Origin: a virus
Taxonomy: Duplodnaviria > Heunggongvirae > Uroviricota > Caudoviricetes
DNA length: 64,000 nucleotides
Reading direction: 5' to 3' (one strand)
Virus record (IMG/VR): IMGVR_UViG_3300032280_000361
Each line of letters opens with the position of its first letter. Position 1 is the first letter of the stretch. The position numbers and the translations under genes are program-made. The notes beneath the pieces were generated by a model. That model was not told the origin of the DNA. It searched no databases and saw only the letters and a program-made list of their open reading frames with translations. Shown here piece after piece: positions 44,547 through 54,737 of this stretch.

Positions 44547-45688
44547 TTTCTAGTATACCATTCCGATTTTAATGTAATCAGTTTATGATGATAGGTGTTA
44601 AATGCTATGATTTGTATGTTTACCCCTTCTACTTGATACATCCCTACATTTTTAGCCTGAGAGATTATATTAGGTAAAGTTGTTAATGCCTGATATCCCT
44701 TCTCCGATAATTGTGCAAAATCAAATGAAACTATTATATCATTATCTCTCGGTGTTTCATATGATTTAATCTTTTTAGTTAAATTAAATTTAGTCTTAGA
44801 TTGATTTAAGTTAATGTATTCCGTTGGGTCACAATCTACATATACATTTGAAAAGAAAGGTTCTAATACATCTAATGCTTCCGTTGAGCCATTTTTAAGA
44901 ACTAATCCTATATCGTATGTATGCTGAACAGGATTACCACCATGCCTTCCCCACTTTCTTAAGAAGTTTTTATTAGATGCCATTTCCTTAACTTTTGTAT
45001 CTCTCTCATGCTCAGGAGAGAAACGAGATGTTTTAGATACGAAGTGATATACAACACTATCTAATGCAGTATATTGTTCAAATCCTAATAATTTTAATCT
45101 AAAAATTAGGTCATCATCTTCGGAAAACATAGGGTTATATAGGTTATCCATTCCTCCCATTTGTAAGTATCTTTTTCTACTTTGACACATAAAGAATGAA
45201 ATACCAGCAGATGTTTTATCAGCTTCATTTTTAACTTCCCTTTCCGCATATTGTTCTAACTCCTCTAATTTTAATGTATCAAAATCTCCACCAAAATCCA
45301 TAATGATTTTACCTGGTCTAGCATGTCCGGCAAATACAGGTGGTTCAATTGTTGTATATGAAACTACTTTTCTATCTCCACAATGCTTTTGTAAGTTCTC
45401 TAAGAATCCATTACATACCACTATATCATTATGACAGAATACTATGTACTCCTTTGTTGCTAATTCGGCACACTTATTAAATGTATCCGAAAATGTTTTA
45501 CTTTCCTCAGAGTAGAAGTATATTAGGTTCTCATCATTTAAAGAGTCTAACCACTCATGTGTACCATCCGATGAACCCCAACTTACAAATACCAATTCTT
45601 CTGTTGGGTATATCTCTCTAAATCTTTTATAGAATTTTTGTGAATATTCTAAATTGTTTCTTAATCCTACTAATGTTGAAATTGTCAT
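44537..45688 (-). CDS. Glycosyltransferase family 2
   Basis: SSDGT, FCHND, GGMD..EDDD, VYHFVS. Confidence 0.8.
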   Translation of the reverse strand: MTISTLVGLRNNLEYSQKFYKRFREIYPTEELVFVSWGSSDGTHEWLDSLNDENLIYFYSEESKTFSDTFNKCAELATKEYIVFCHNDIVVCNGFLENLQKHCGDRKVVSYTTIEPPVFAGHARPGKIIMDFGGDFDTLKLEELEQYAEREVKNEADKTSAGISFFMCQSRKRYLQMGGMDNLYNPMFSEDDDLIFRLKLLGFEQYTALDSVVYHFVSKTSRFSPEHERDTKVKEMASNKNFLRKWGRHGGNPVQHTYDIGLVLKNGSTEALDVLEPFFSNVYVDCDPTEYINLNQSKTKFNLTKKIKSYETPRDNDIIVSFDFAQLSEKGYQALTTLPNIISQAKNVGMYQVEGVNIQIIAFNTYHHKLITLKSEWYTRKCI

Positions 45689-45697
45689 AACTATATT

Positions 45698-46411
45698 TTA
45701 TTGTGTTTCTATCAGTTTACCATTATATTCTCTGATTGCGAATCCAAAAATTCTTTCCATCGCATGTGCATATCCCGTATCAGGTTTTCCTTTTTCAAAA
45801 TGAGATGCAAATTCATCAAAATTAACTCCATTAAACATTTTTTTAAATAATAATGTAGAACTCATAAACATAGTTCCTGCAAAAAAAGGAATTCCATATT
45901 CTATATTTTGTCTAAAATGAAAGAATTTATCACTTAAAGTTTTAACCATATTAAATGCGTGATAGCCAGATAATACACTTTCTCCATCTTTTAACACAGT
46001 TGAAGTTCCTATCATTAATGGTATTCCATCATTTTGAAATTTTTCTATATAGAGATGCATATTTAAAAACTTTTCATAATCATCTACTAAAGGTTTATAT
46101 GCATGAATTCTCCAATCATTATCCGATTTTTTAGATTGTATTTTTGTAACAACACTATATGTGTCCGTAAATAATACTTTATCATATAATGTTTTTACAA
46201 ATGGAAGTACATCCATTCCTCTATTCTCTACTATACTATATGTTATTTTTGATGGTTTTATTTTTTCAAGAACTTCATCTGTTATAGTATCTTCACAGAA
46301 ATCTATATGTATATCAACAAAATCACTTTTTTCTAGTAAATGATAACAATTTATCAGAAATTCATTCAATACGTCTATGTGATAACAATATATTAAAATT
46401 AAATGTCTCAT
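45698..46411 (-). CDS. Rhamnan synthesis protein F (RgpF)-like
   Basis: ENRGMDVLPF, KIQSKKS, FFAGTMF, AHAMER. Confidence 0.7.
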   Translation of the reverse strand: MRHLILIYCYHIDVLNEFLINCYHLLEKSDFVDIHIDFCEDTITDEVLEKIKPSKITYSIVENRGMDVLPFVKTLYDKVLFTDTYSVVTKIQSKKSDNDWRIHAYKPLVDDYEKFLNMHLYIEKFQNDGIPLMIGTSTVLKDGESVLSGYHAFNMVKTLSDKFFHFRQNIEYGIPFFAGTMFMSSTLLFKKMFNGVNFDEFASHFEKGKPDTGYAHAMERIFGFAIREYNGKLIETQ

Positions 46412-46412
46412 A

Positions 46413-47021
46413 TTATTCTTTTATAAAATTTTCTCTATGCCTTCTGTAATATAATAATCCCTCACTCACATGAGAAACGGTTGCCCCTGCTCCTTGCATT
46501 CTTTCCCATAAAACTAAATCTTCTTCTGAATTATGGCCTCCGCTCGCCGCATATCCTACTGATTTTGCAATATTAGCATTATATAACATAGAACCATGAT
46601 GCTTCATATATCTACTCCAATAATAATCACCTTGATGAGGTTTCATTTCTCCATAATGCCTTGTATATAGTTTATCTTTTAAGTCACCTGTTACTATTAT
46701 ATCGTATGTTACTATATCAGCGGTTTCTTTACTAAGTAATTCTATTGTATCAGCTCTCATCCAATTATCAGCGCCTATAAACATACATTTATTGGTGGTA
46801 ACTCGATTTAACATATCCGAAAAATTAGCAACAGTTCCCATATTTTTTTCTCTTAATATAAAATCAACTTGAGGATATATCGTAGGTAAATGTGCACAAT
46901 CTCCCGCTCCATCATCTACAAACATAATTCTATCAGCCGCTTTACTTTGTGCCAAAACACTTTCTATACAATGTGCCGCTAAGTGTCCGTAACGGTAAGA
47001 TGCTATAACTACTGTAATCAT
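46413..47021 (-). CDS. Glycosyltransferase family 2
   Basis: VVIASY, VDDG, GADN, EED, YYRRH. Confidence 0.85.
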   Translation of the reverse strand: MITVVIASYRYGHLAAHCIESVLAQSKAADRIMFVDDGAGDCAHLPTIYPQVDFILREKNMGTVANFSDMLNRVTTNKCMFIGADNWMRADTIELLSKETADIVTYDIIVTGDLKDKLYTRHYGEMKPHQGDYYWSRYMKHHGSMLYNANIAKSVGYAASGGHNSEEDLVLWERMQGAGATVSHVSEGLLYYRRHRENFIKE

Positions 47022-47022
47022 A

Positions 47023-47757
47023 TTAAGGTATTTTTGTTGGGTTTATACTTTTAATTATATTACCATTAACTAAATAATCTGGATATATCGTTGTTGCCTT
47101 TGTTCTACAAAATCCATTCATATAAGTCATACGGTCTTTATCTGATTTATTTGGTTCACTACCGTGCACTGTCAATACACTCCAAATCAATACATCACCT
47201 TTTTTAGCGGTATATTTAGTTCCTTTTAATTCTCCTCTGCCAAACACTCTTAAGTTTTGAGGAGCTCCAATTCTCATAGTTTTGTGTGAACCATCTATAA
47301 ATTCAATAGCTCCATTTTCTTCTGTAATATCATCTACTGCAATAATAGTTTGAAAATAATCATTCTCAACATCTCCATTGAAACTACCTTCTTCTCTAAA
47401 CATTATATCTTGATGCCAAGCAAATTGGTCTTCATCACCACTTTCTCTAAAGTATATTTGGTTATTTATTTGTCTAACATCATCTCCGATAAATTCTTTT
47501 ACTAACTCAACCATTCTTTCATCTGTTCTAATATTATTGATATAATCATTAGCTAAAGCAGGAAAGAATATAAGAGACCTTTTATTGTAAGCAGTTTCAG
47601 ATGCATCATGAGGATATCCTGCTGCTTTTATTTCACTATCTTTAATTGAATATGCTTGTCTTTTTATCTCATCACATTCTTCCGATGTGAATACGGATGG
47701 TATTACAATAACTCCATTTTCAGTATATTGTTTTTTGAGAGTTGCTATGTTTTTCAT
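47023..47757 (-). CDS. Phytanoyl-CoA dioxygenase (PhyH) family 2OG oxygenase
   Basis: WHQD, ENGAI..GSH, KGDVLIW..HGS.PN..R. Confidence 0.85.
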   Translation of the reverse strand: MKNIATLKKQYTENGVIVIPSVFTSEECDEIKRQAYSIKDSEIKAAGYPHDASETAYNKRSLIFFPALANDYINNIRTDERMVELVKEFIGDDVRQINNQIYFRESGDEDQFAWHQDIMFREEGSFNGDVENDYFQTIIAVDDITEENGAIEFIDGSHKTMRIGAPQNLRVFGRGELKGTKYTAKKGDVLIWSVLTVHGSEPNKSDKDRMTYMNGFCRTKATTIYPDYLVNGNIIKSINPTKIP

Positions 47758-48266
47758 ATATAATTTCTATAAATTTTGTAATTGTAATCTATTTCATTAA
47801 TATCATTCGAACCCTGTGTCACACTCCATGCAAAATTAAACCCAGCTTTCTTAACACACTTAATAACTAAATCATTATAATTACCATATGGATATGCAAA
47901 TAAGTCCATAGGATATGGAGGAGTTACTTCTTTCATAATCTCTTCCTCTGATAACTTAGTTAAATCTGGATGATTCCATGTATGCCAACCTATTTTAAAA
48001 TTATAATTAGAACACATTTCTTCAACTTGTTCCCATGTACAATACTTTTCCAACTTTGGTACATAATCTAAATCAAAAGAATTATCACCTCCCATAAAAT
48101 TACCCATAACAAAAAATACACCAGTTTTATCCTTTAGTATATCCTGGTTTTCATATACATTTAAATATATACCATCAAATCCTAATGGTTCACTACAATT
48201 TAATACCTGTTCTCTTGTATTATAATTTGAATGGTTTGTATCACCTATGTTATGTAATAATCTCAT
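47754..48266 (-). CDS. Polysaccharide deacetylase (NodB-like)
   Basis: FDG, HTWNHPDL, FAYPYG. Confidence 0.8.
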   Translation of the reverse strand: MRLLHNIGDTNHSNYNTREQVLNCSEPLGFDGIYLNVYENQDILKDKTGVFFVMGNFMGGDNSFDLDYVPKLEKYCTWEQVEEMCSNYNFKIGWHTWNHPDLTKLSEEEIMKEVTPPYPMDLFAYPYGNYNDLVIKCVKKAGFNFAWSVTQGSNDINEIDYNYKIYRNYI

Positions 48267-48741
48267 ATAATCTTACTATTTGCGTATATTCTCTATATTG
48301 AAATTCTATTTCTTTTATTATTTTCCCAAAATCACTCCATATAATCCAATCTTTAATCCCACCAACTAATATATGATGTGATGCGGATTCTTTAATCCAT
48401 TGAGTAATCTGCTGATGATTGTATTGTTGATATAATGTTCCAGTTGTTATTACTAATTCATATTTACCACTTGGTTCATTTAATCTATTTACATTCGATG
48501 GTAATCTTAAAGATGCATTATCAGATAACTCTATACCAAATATTTTTGTTGCGGGTAAATGAGTTGTTACAAATCCTTCTCCACATCCAATATCTAATGC
48601 AGTTTCATAATTATCCAATATAGAAAGTATTTTATTTTTTCTATGTAAATCATCATCGGTAGTTTTATACTGCCATGGGTCTTCAGTTAAATACCAATTT
48701 TCTAATTCTTCTTTAGATTGCATCTCCTTGAAAATAATCAA
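48250..48741 (-). CDS. Class I SAM-dependent methyltransferase (NodS-like)
   Basis: DPWQY, LDIGCGEG. Confidence 0.75.
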   Translation of the reverse strand: MIIFKEMQSKEELENWYLTEDPWQYKTTDDDLHRKNKILSILDNYETALDIGCGEGFVTTHLPATKIFGIELSDNASLRLPSNVNRLNEPSGKYELVITTGTLYQQYNHQQITQWIKESASHHILVGGIKDWIIWSDFGKIIKEIEFQYREYTQIVRLYEIIT

Positions 48742-49447
48742 ATTGTGAATAATATTCTTTATCTTTTATATAGTGTACGTTATCAATCGTTGCCAATAAT
48801 TCTATTCCTCTACTAATGTTCATCGATGATGCCCATGCCATTGGACCTGATTGGTTTCCGATGAATAACTTAGAACCATTTATTTTTTTAAAAAACTCAT
48901 ATAGTGAATCAACTTTAATCATTTCACATTGGTCTTTAAGAGTAAAGTTATTGTATTGTTCCTCATCAAAACATATAAATGCTTTCTTTTCAAATTCTTT
49001 TAATACATTTTGATATACCGCAGTTGTTTGCTCACTCATTGGTTTCATAGAACGATTGATTAAGAGTGTATCACTTAACGATTCATCTTTATCCATTTCT
49101 ATCCATGTAAATTCTTTTGGTGGAGCTATATCATCTAAGAATTCTTTAAAATAGATTTCTAACCAATTTGTAGTATATAAAAAACGGCTTTGTCTGAATC
49201 TACTTAAGTTCACATCTATCTGTTCATCTTTGTGTATATTAAAAGAATTCAACCATTCTTGTTTTTCTAAAATTGGCTTTAAATCATTGTATGTAAAATC
49301 CAATCCTTTTTCAAATTGTTCTCCTGTGTTAGATATATACAAATCTGCTTTATACCCAAAGAAATCCCAATTGAATTTACACACAACTAAACTATGTATG
49401 AAATCTCCTAATTTTCCACCTTGTAGATATGATTTTGTTTCTTTCAT
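48713..49447 (-). CDS. GT9/heptosyltransferase-like protein
   Basis: GKLGDFI and FIGNQSGP. Confidence 0.55.
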   Translation of the reverse strand: MKETKSYLQGGKLGDFIHSLVVCKFNWDFFGYKADLYISNTGEQFEKGLDFTYNDLKPILEKQEWLNSFNIHKDEQIDVNLSRFRQSRFLYTTNWLEIYFKEFLDDIAPPKEFTWIEMDKDESLSDTLLINRSMKPMSEQTTAVYQNVLKEFEKKAFICFDEEQYNNFTLKDQCEMIKVDSLYEFFKKINGSKLFIGNQSGPMAWASSMNISRGIELLATIDNVHYIKDKEYYSQFDYFQGDAI

Positions 49448-49794
49448 ATTTTAACTTCTGTTACTTCGTTATTAAAAAATTTAGTTTGAAGTTCTACCTT
49501 CTTAATATATCTTTTATAATTAGCTTCCGCAGTTTGTTTAGATAGAGCAGTTTCCCCTGCCCTATCTACTAAATCAAATACTTCTTTATTTGCATGCTTT
49601 AAATCAAAATAGGATGTACTATTTATAATAGAATGGTGTTTAGCTATTCCAATTTGATTTTGAATTTCTTCGGATAATTTATTAAATGAATCTAAACTTT
49701 TCTGTTTCTTTTCTCCATTACTATTTTCAATTTTTACTGCATATATTGATAAGATATCATAAACATATGCTTCATCCAAACTTATCTTTATCAT
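49444..49794 (-). CDS. Hypothetical helical protein (DUF6165-like)
   Basis: MIKISLDEAYVYDILSI..K..N..R..K; start moved to avoid overlap. Confidence 0.5.
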   Translation of the reverse strand: MIKISLDEAYVYDILSIYAVKIENSNGEKKQKSLDSFNKLSEEIQNQIGIAKHHSIINSTSYFDLKHANKEVFDLVDRAGETALSKQTAEANYKRYIKKVELQTKFFNNEVTEVKI

Positions 49795-49795
49795 A

Positions 49796-50440
49796 CTATT
49801 TTCTTTTGAATACAAATGTTGCAAATGTGTACCAATGCCCTGCATAACAGAAATCATTATCTCCACTATAATCCGCTTCTAATAATTCACAATCATTATC
49901 TTCCAATACTGCATTTAATCGTATCCTTAAATCAAACTCTGTGTATAATCTAACATCTTCGTTTGGTTTAGTTACACCTCCGTTTAAATATCCGTTATTA
50001 TAATCCATAGTTACAATACCATACCCACCACTCTTTAATAATTTACAGATACAATCAATAAATTCTTCATCTTTCTCAACATGCTCAATTACAGAAGTAG
50101 AAACTACCGAATCTATTTTACCATGTTTATCCGGATTGTTATCAAAGTATGTTTTTAAGTCTGAGTTAATTGCAGGGTCTACATCTATTACATCATATCC
50201 TAACTTCTTTAAACTTTCGGTTGCAGTATCTTCCCAACTTCCCGCTGATAATACTACGCCACCGGTAGGAGTTAAATCTAATGCGGTTTGTAATGTAAAC
50301 GCCTGTTGTATAGTAGCTTCTTTTATTTTTCTACCTAACATCTCAGGTGAGTGTTGTTCCATTAATTGAAGAGCCGCCACATAATTGGCGTGCTCTTTTT
50401 GATTTAGTAATTTGTTCATTGTTATATTATTATTTTCCAA
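49796..50440 (-). CDS. SAM-dependent methyltransferase
   Basis: VLSAGS, SVIEHV, LKSGG. Confidence 0.7.
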   Translation of the reverse strand: MENNNITMNKLLNQKEHANYVAALQLMEQHSPEMLGRKIKEATIQQAFTLQTALDLTPTGGVVLSAGSWEDTATESLKKLGYDVIDVDPAINSDLKTYFDNNPDKHGKIDSVVSTSVIEHVEKDEEFIDCICKLLKSGGYGIVTMDYNNGYLNGGVTKPNEDVRLYTEFDLRIRLNAVLEDNDCELLEADYSGDNDFCYAGHWYTFATFVFKRK

Positions 50441-51662
50441 TTATTTCAAAAGTTGGGCAAGGTACAATAAATTTACCACCTTTAGATAAGAACTCATCTT
50501 CTCTCTTAACGAACTCAGCAATAAAATGCCAAGGTAATACCAACATATAATCAGGATTCATTGCTCTAACATCTTCTTCTGATAAGATAGGGATGTTAGT
50601 TCCAATTGTTTTTAATCCAAACTTATAATGGCTTCTCTCTGCAATCGCATCAATTAGAGTATTATCTAAACCGAAGTATTGTAAAAGAGTATTTCCTTTT
50701 GTAGAAGCACCATAACCACATATTACCTTTCCTTTAGCTTTTTCAGCTTTAATGAAATCAACTGTCTCTTTTTTCAATGCTTCAATTCTATTATAGAAAT
50801 CTAACCAAATCTCTTCTTTATCTAACTTCAATCCTTTCTCCCATTTGATTAAAGATTCAACTCTTACGTTACATACATCTCTATATGGTGCAGTTGCAAA
50901 TGAAGTTACGGCTGATTTCTTTTTCTTAATATAAATTCTGAAACTTCCTCCGTTTACATCGTTAACTTGACAATCAACAATTTTTAATCCAGCTTTCTTT
51001 AATAACTTTTCCATTGAAGCTAATCCCCAATAGTAAACGTGCTCATGACAAATGTTATCAAACGCTAATTGCTTTATCATTAGAGGGGTGTAACTCATTT
51101 GGATAACAAACAACCCATCATCATCCATTACCTTTGATACATCCTTTAAAAACTCAACTGGCTCATCTAAATCATAGAACATAGCAATACAGGTTACAAC
51201 CTTTGCTTTCTTCTTTTTAAACTTAGATTTTTTGTAGTTTTCCAATGTAAAGAAATCCTGTACAATATCATCTGCAATCTTTGATGATTCTGCTTTAAAT
51301 GAATCTTCTGCGGGGTCAATACCTAATTTCTTAATACCATCTGGAACAAAACTTAATAGTGTTCCATCGTTACATGCAATATCTAACCATAAATCACCTT
51401 CGTTTAATTTTTGAACTGAGGTAACACTATCAACGATACCCTTTAATTCAGTTTTCATTGTTTGATTAATTCCGCTTCTGTACCAATACTTTCCAAACAT
51501 TGAATGGATAGGTGTGCATTTTTCTAAACGGGCTGCACCATACCTCTCATCTATCACAAGAGTCATATCATGCTTACCTGCTCTTGCATCTGTATCTACA
51601 TTAATGAAGTCCGATACATAAAGGTCTCCTAATGAAAATAACTTTTTTGTAAACTTGCTCAT
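50430..51662 (-). CDS. NDP-hexose C-methyltransferase family
   Basis: YWYRSG, LDIACNDGTLL, FDNICHEH, YGASTKGNTLL, LPWHF. Confidence 0.88.
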   Translation of the reverse strand: MSKFTKKLFSLGDLYVSDFINVDTDARAGKHDMTLVIDERYGAARLEKCTPIHSMFGKYWYRSGINQTMKTELKGIVDSVTSVQKLNEGDLWLDIACNDGTLLSFVPDGIKKLGIDPAEDSFKAESSKIADDIVQDFFTLENYKKSKFKKKKAKVVTCIAMFYDLDEPVEFLKDVSKVMDDDGLFVIQMSYTPLMIKQLAFDNICHEHVYYWGLASMEKLLKKAGLKIVDCQVNDVNGGSFRIYIKKKKSAVTSFATAPYRDVCNVRVESLIKWEKGLKLDKEEIWLDFYNRIEALKKETVDFIKAEKAKGKVICGYGASTKGNTLLQYFGLDNTLIDAIAERSHYKFGLKTIGTNIPILSEEDVRAMNPDYMLVLPWHFIAEFVKREDEFLSKGGKFIVPCPTFEIIGK

Positions 51663-51663
51663 A

Positions 51664-52608
51664 TTATTTTTTATTTAAAATTGTTGTTAAAGCGTATTCA
51701 TATTTTTCTAATAACGCTTTGTTTGAATGTTTTTCGTAAATTGGTTTCAATGGTTCGATACCATCTGCTATTATATCTCTTAAAGGTCGTTCATCGACAA
51801 ATATTGAAGGTGTTACCCAATTAATATGTCTGAACATCCAACTTCTACTTATTCCTATTGGTTTTCTTACTGATAAAGCGTAATCAATGCTACCACTTAA
51901 ACTTCTTGTGTTATGAGGGTCGTATAAGAATATGTTAATATCATTTTGTTTTAAGAAATTCAACAAATCAGTATGTTCTAAGAAATCATGTGTTACTTCT
52001 AATTCAATATCTTTACCACTATCAGCTATTATTCTTCTCATTTTTTCTACTTCACCTCTAGCAGTATTACCATCACTATCACCAAATGTAGCAAATGGAG
52101 TGTTCAATCTAATCTTTGCTTTGTCAAATTGAGAGCAAACTAACTCAGCTATCTTAGGAAAGTTTTTATCAGGAAACCCAAATCCAAAACTTCCAATCGT
52201 AGGAACTTCATTAGGAGGAAAATCTTTTAAATCCATATCCTCAAATAAAGGTCTAGGAGATGTAAAGTAATTTTGCTCAGGTATATCTTCTTTAGTTGAA
52301 TCTATATCAATTATTCCATTTGGATTAAAGTATAACCCAACTTCATGATAAACAGTAACATGAGGTATATGTCTAATAGGTGATAAAAACTCATCGGTAA
52401 CAAATGGAAGAATAACTGGATAGTAATTATATAATACTAAATCCGGTTGAACTTTATTATACCACTCTGCATACTCATTTGCGTTTTCTACTTCTGCCCA
52501 ATGAGTTTCAAATAGAGAAGATTTTTGTAATGCAGCGTTTACTCTTCTTCCGTAATCCGCTACACCACATCTTTCAGCCTTACGGCTTATGAATAAAATC
52601 TTTTTCAT
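51664..52608 (-). CDS. Putative GT-B glycosyltransferase
   Basis: CGVADY, FGFGFPDKNF, SGSIDYALS..KP. Confidence 0.6.
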   Translation of the reverse strand: MKKILFISRKAERCGVADYGRRVNAALQKSSLFETHWAEVENANEYAEWYNKVQPDLVLYNYYPVILPFVTDEFLSPIRHIPHVTVYHEVGLYFNPNGIIDIDSTKEDIPEQNYFTSPRPLFEDMDLKDFPPNEVPTIGSFGFGFPDKNFPKIAELVCSQFDKAKIRLNTPFATFGDSDGNTARGEVEKMRRIIADSGKDIELEVTHDFLEHTDLLNFLKQNDINIFLYDPHNTRSLSGSIDYALSVRKPIGISRSWMFRHINWVTPSIFVDERPLRDIIADGIEPLKPIYEKHSNKALLEKYEYALTTILNKK

Positions 52609-53580
52609 TTACTTCTTTAATAATTTAATATCATTCTCTACCATTATCTTTACTAACTGAGTAAATGATGTTTTTGGTTTCCATCCTAATTTTTCATGTG
52701 ATTTCTTAGCATCACCTAAAAGATAACTAACCTCAACAGGTCTAATAAATCTAGGGTCTACTTTAATGTATGAACTCCAATTATCGATTCCAATTATCTT
52801 AAATGCCTCATCTAAGAATTCTCTGATTGAATGTGTTTCTCCCGTTGCCAATACATAATCTTCCGATTTCTCTTGCTGCATCATTAACCACATACCTTCT
52901 ACATAATCAGGTGCATAACCCCAATCTCTTTTAGATTCTAAATTACCCAATGAGATATGGTCTGCTAATCCTAAATGAATTTTAGCTACACCATCTGAAA
53001 TCTTACGAGTAACAAATTCATGCCCTCTTCTTTCAGATTCATGATTAAATAAGATACCACTTACAGCAAACATACCATGTGATTCTCTATAGTTCTTTGT
53101 AATCCAATGTGCGTATAACTTAGATACACCATATGGAGAACAAGGATAGAATATAGTATCTTCGTTTGCAGTACCACCTTGCTTACCAAACATTTCCGAA
53201 GAAGATGCCTGATAGAACTTAGTGTTCTTATTACCATACTCTCTTATTGCTTCTAATACTCTTAATGCACCTAAACCTGTGATATCAGATGTTTGTTCAG
53301 GCATTGTCCAACTCTCTCCCACAAATGATTGTGCTCCTAAGTTATAAACCTCATGTGGTTCACAATCTTTGATAGCTCTCAATAGTGAGTTTTGGTCAGA
53401 TAAATCTCCTTTTAACAAAGAAATCTTCCCATCTAAGTGTGCTATATTAGGTGAATAGTAATTCGCCTTTCTTCTTTCAATTCCAAATACTTCGTAATCT
53501 CCTCTTTCTAAAAGGAAATCCGCTAAATGTGACCCATCCATTCCGTTAATACCGGTGATTAGTGCTCTTTTCTTTTTCAT
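52609..53580 (-). CDS. gmd: GDP-mannose 4,6-dehydratase
   Basis: ALITGINGMDGSHLA, YQASSSEMFG, SPYGVSK, FNHES, FVTRKI, RDWGYA. Confidence 0.95.
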   Translation of the reverse strand: MKKKRALITGINGMDGSHLADFLLERGDYEVFGIERRKANYYSPNIAHLDGKISLLKGDLSDQNSLLRAIKDCEPHEVYNLGAQSFVGESWTMPEQTSDITGLGALRVLEAIREYGNKNTKFYQASSSEMFGKQGGTANEDTIFYPCSPYGVSKLYAHWITKNYRESHGMFAVSGILFNHESERRGHEFVTRKISDGVAKIHLGLADHISLGNLESKRDWGYAPDYVEGMWLMMQQEKSEDYVLATGETHSIREFLDEAFKIIGIDNWSSYIKVDPRFIRPVEVSYLLGDAKKSHEKLGWKPKTSFTQLVKIMVENDIKLLKK

Positions 53581-54200
53581 ATATTATTGTAAAAATTGTT
53601 TTGCTTTTCTTGTCTTTCGATTTGTTTGTGGTGATATAATGAGAACCTTTCTTCTGCAGGAAAATTAGCAAAAGTATTATAACCACTAATTCTTTCATGC
53701 ACTTTACCGAACCACTCTACATCATTTGTATTTTTGTAAATTCTTGTTTGATAATCAGGAAAGTTTACCCATCCTTTTTCATCTACTCTCCATCCCCACC
53801 CTTTAATATGTTCTTCAGTTAATCCGTTTACCGTATTTACTCTCGGTACAAACACTATATCAACATTATTACTTTCCAAAATTGTTTTAATATTTTTCAT
53901 TAAATATTCAGTTGGAATCTCATCTGCATCAATTTGGAAAATATAATCTCCACTACAATTCTTTTTAAGATTGTTTTTAAATGTTGCGAAATCTTTGTTA
54001 AGTGGGAATGATACTATCTTAGTTTGTTTATTTATATCACCAAAGATAGTTAAGAAGTCTGATACTTCTTTCGTAACACCATTTGTATCATATTGAATTA
54101 TAATCTCATCTTCCTCCTCAATTCTACCCTGAAGGAAGTTAGTTAATTCTATAATCTCTTTCAGTTCATTACAAACTGTTATTGCGTAACTTATTTTCAT
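53577..54200 (-). CDS. Glycosyltransferase family 2
   Basis: ITVCNE, FQIDADE, PDYQTRI, VHE. Confidence 0.85.
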   Translation of the reverse strand: MKISYAITVCNELKEIIELTNFLQGRIEEEDEIIIQYDTNGVTKEVSDFLTIFGDINKQTKIVSFPLNKDFATFKNNLKKNCSGDYIFQIDADEIPTEYLMKNIKTILESNNVDIVFVPRVNTVNGLTEEHIKGWGWRVDEKGWVNFPDYQTRIYKNTNDVEWFGKVHERISGYNTFANFPAEERFSLYHHKQIERQEKQNNFYNNI

Positions 54201-54203
54201 TTA

Positions 54204-54737
54204 TTAATCTGTTAAATTTTCTCTCCTTTCTTTTTGTTTTTGAGAAGGATTTGATGATGGTAAAAATTTATCTCTTAAATATTCTTTATCTATTGTTAAA
54301 ATCTCAACACTTTTAATTGAGGTCATTTTATATTCTCTATAGTTGCCTTCATATATTAATGGTTTCTTTTTTAAAGCATTGAATATAGGTGCACCATCAG
54401 CTTGAAATGTTCTTAACAAAAATCTAAATTCCTCTAGTTCATTAATCTTTTCCTCATTAACCGGCCCCATAGTAGGTTTGATTGCAGTAAAGAATTGTTC
54501 TGGATTTACATGTTTTAATTTTATAGCAGGAAATCTAACTTGCTTATCTATAAACTTTCCTATTAAAAATATATAAGATGTACTCAATCCTGTCAATGTT
54601 CTAGTTTTACCATCAGCTGCATATTTGTACACTATAACTTTGTAGAAATTACCAGGTTTCATTAATCCATGTGCAATAGTTTTTCTATCACTTATAATGT
54701 TATCCCATTGTCCGGTAAATATTCTACTATTTGGCAT
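54204..54737 (-). CDS. Hypothetical basic protein
   Basis: 177 aa ORF; only faint resemblance to T4 gp2-like proteins. Confidence 0.5.
   Translation of the reverse strand: MPNSRIFTGQWDNIISDRKTIAHGLMKPGNFYKVIVYKYAADGKTRTLTGLSTSYIFLIGKFIDKQVRFPAIKLKHVNPEQFFTAIKPTMGPVNEEKINELEEFRFLLRTFQADGAPIFNALKKKPLIYEGNYREYKMTSIKSVEILTIDKEYLRDKFLPSSNPSQKQKERRENLTD

Noticed and set aside
54204-54737. T4 gp2-like DNA end protector assignment
   Set aside because: Resemblance limited to a short PGxxY..Y segment; insufficient
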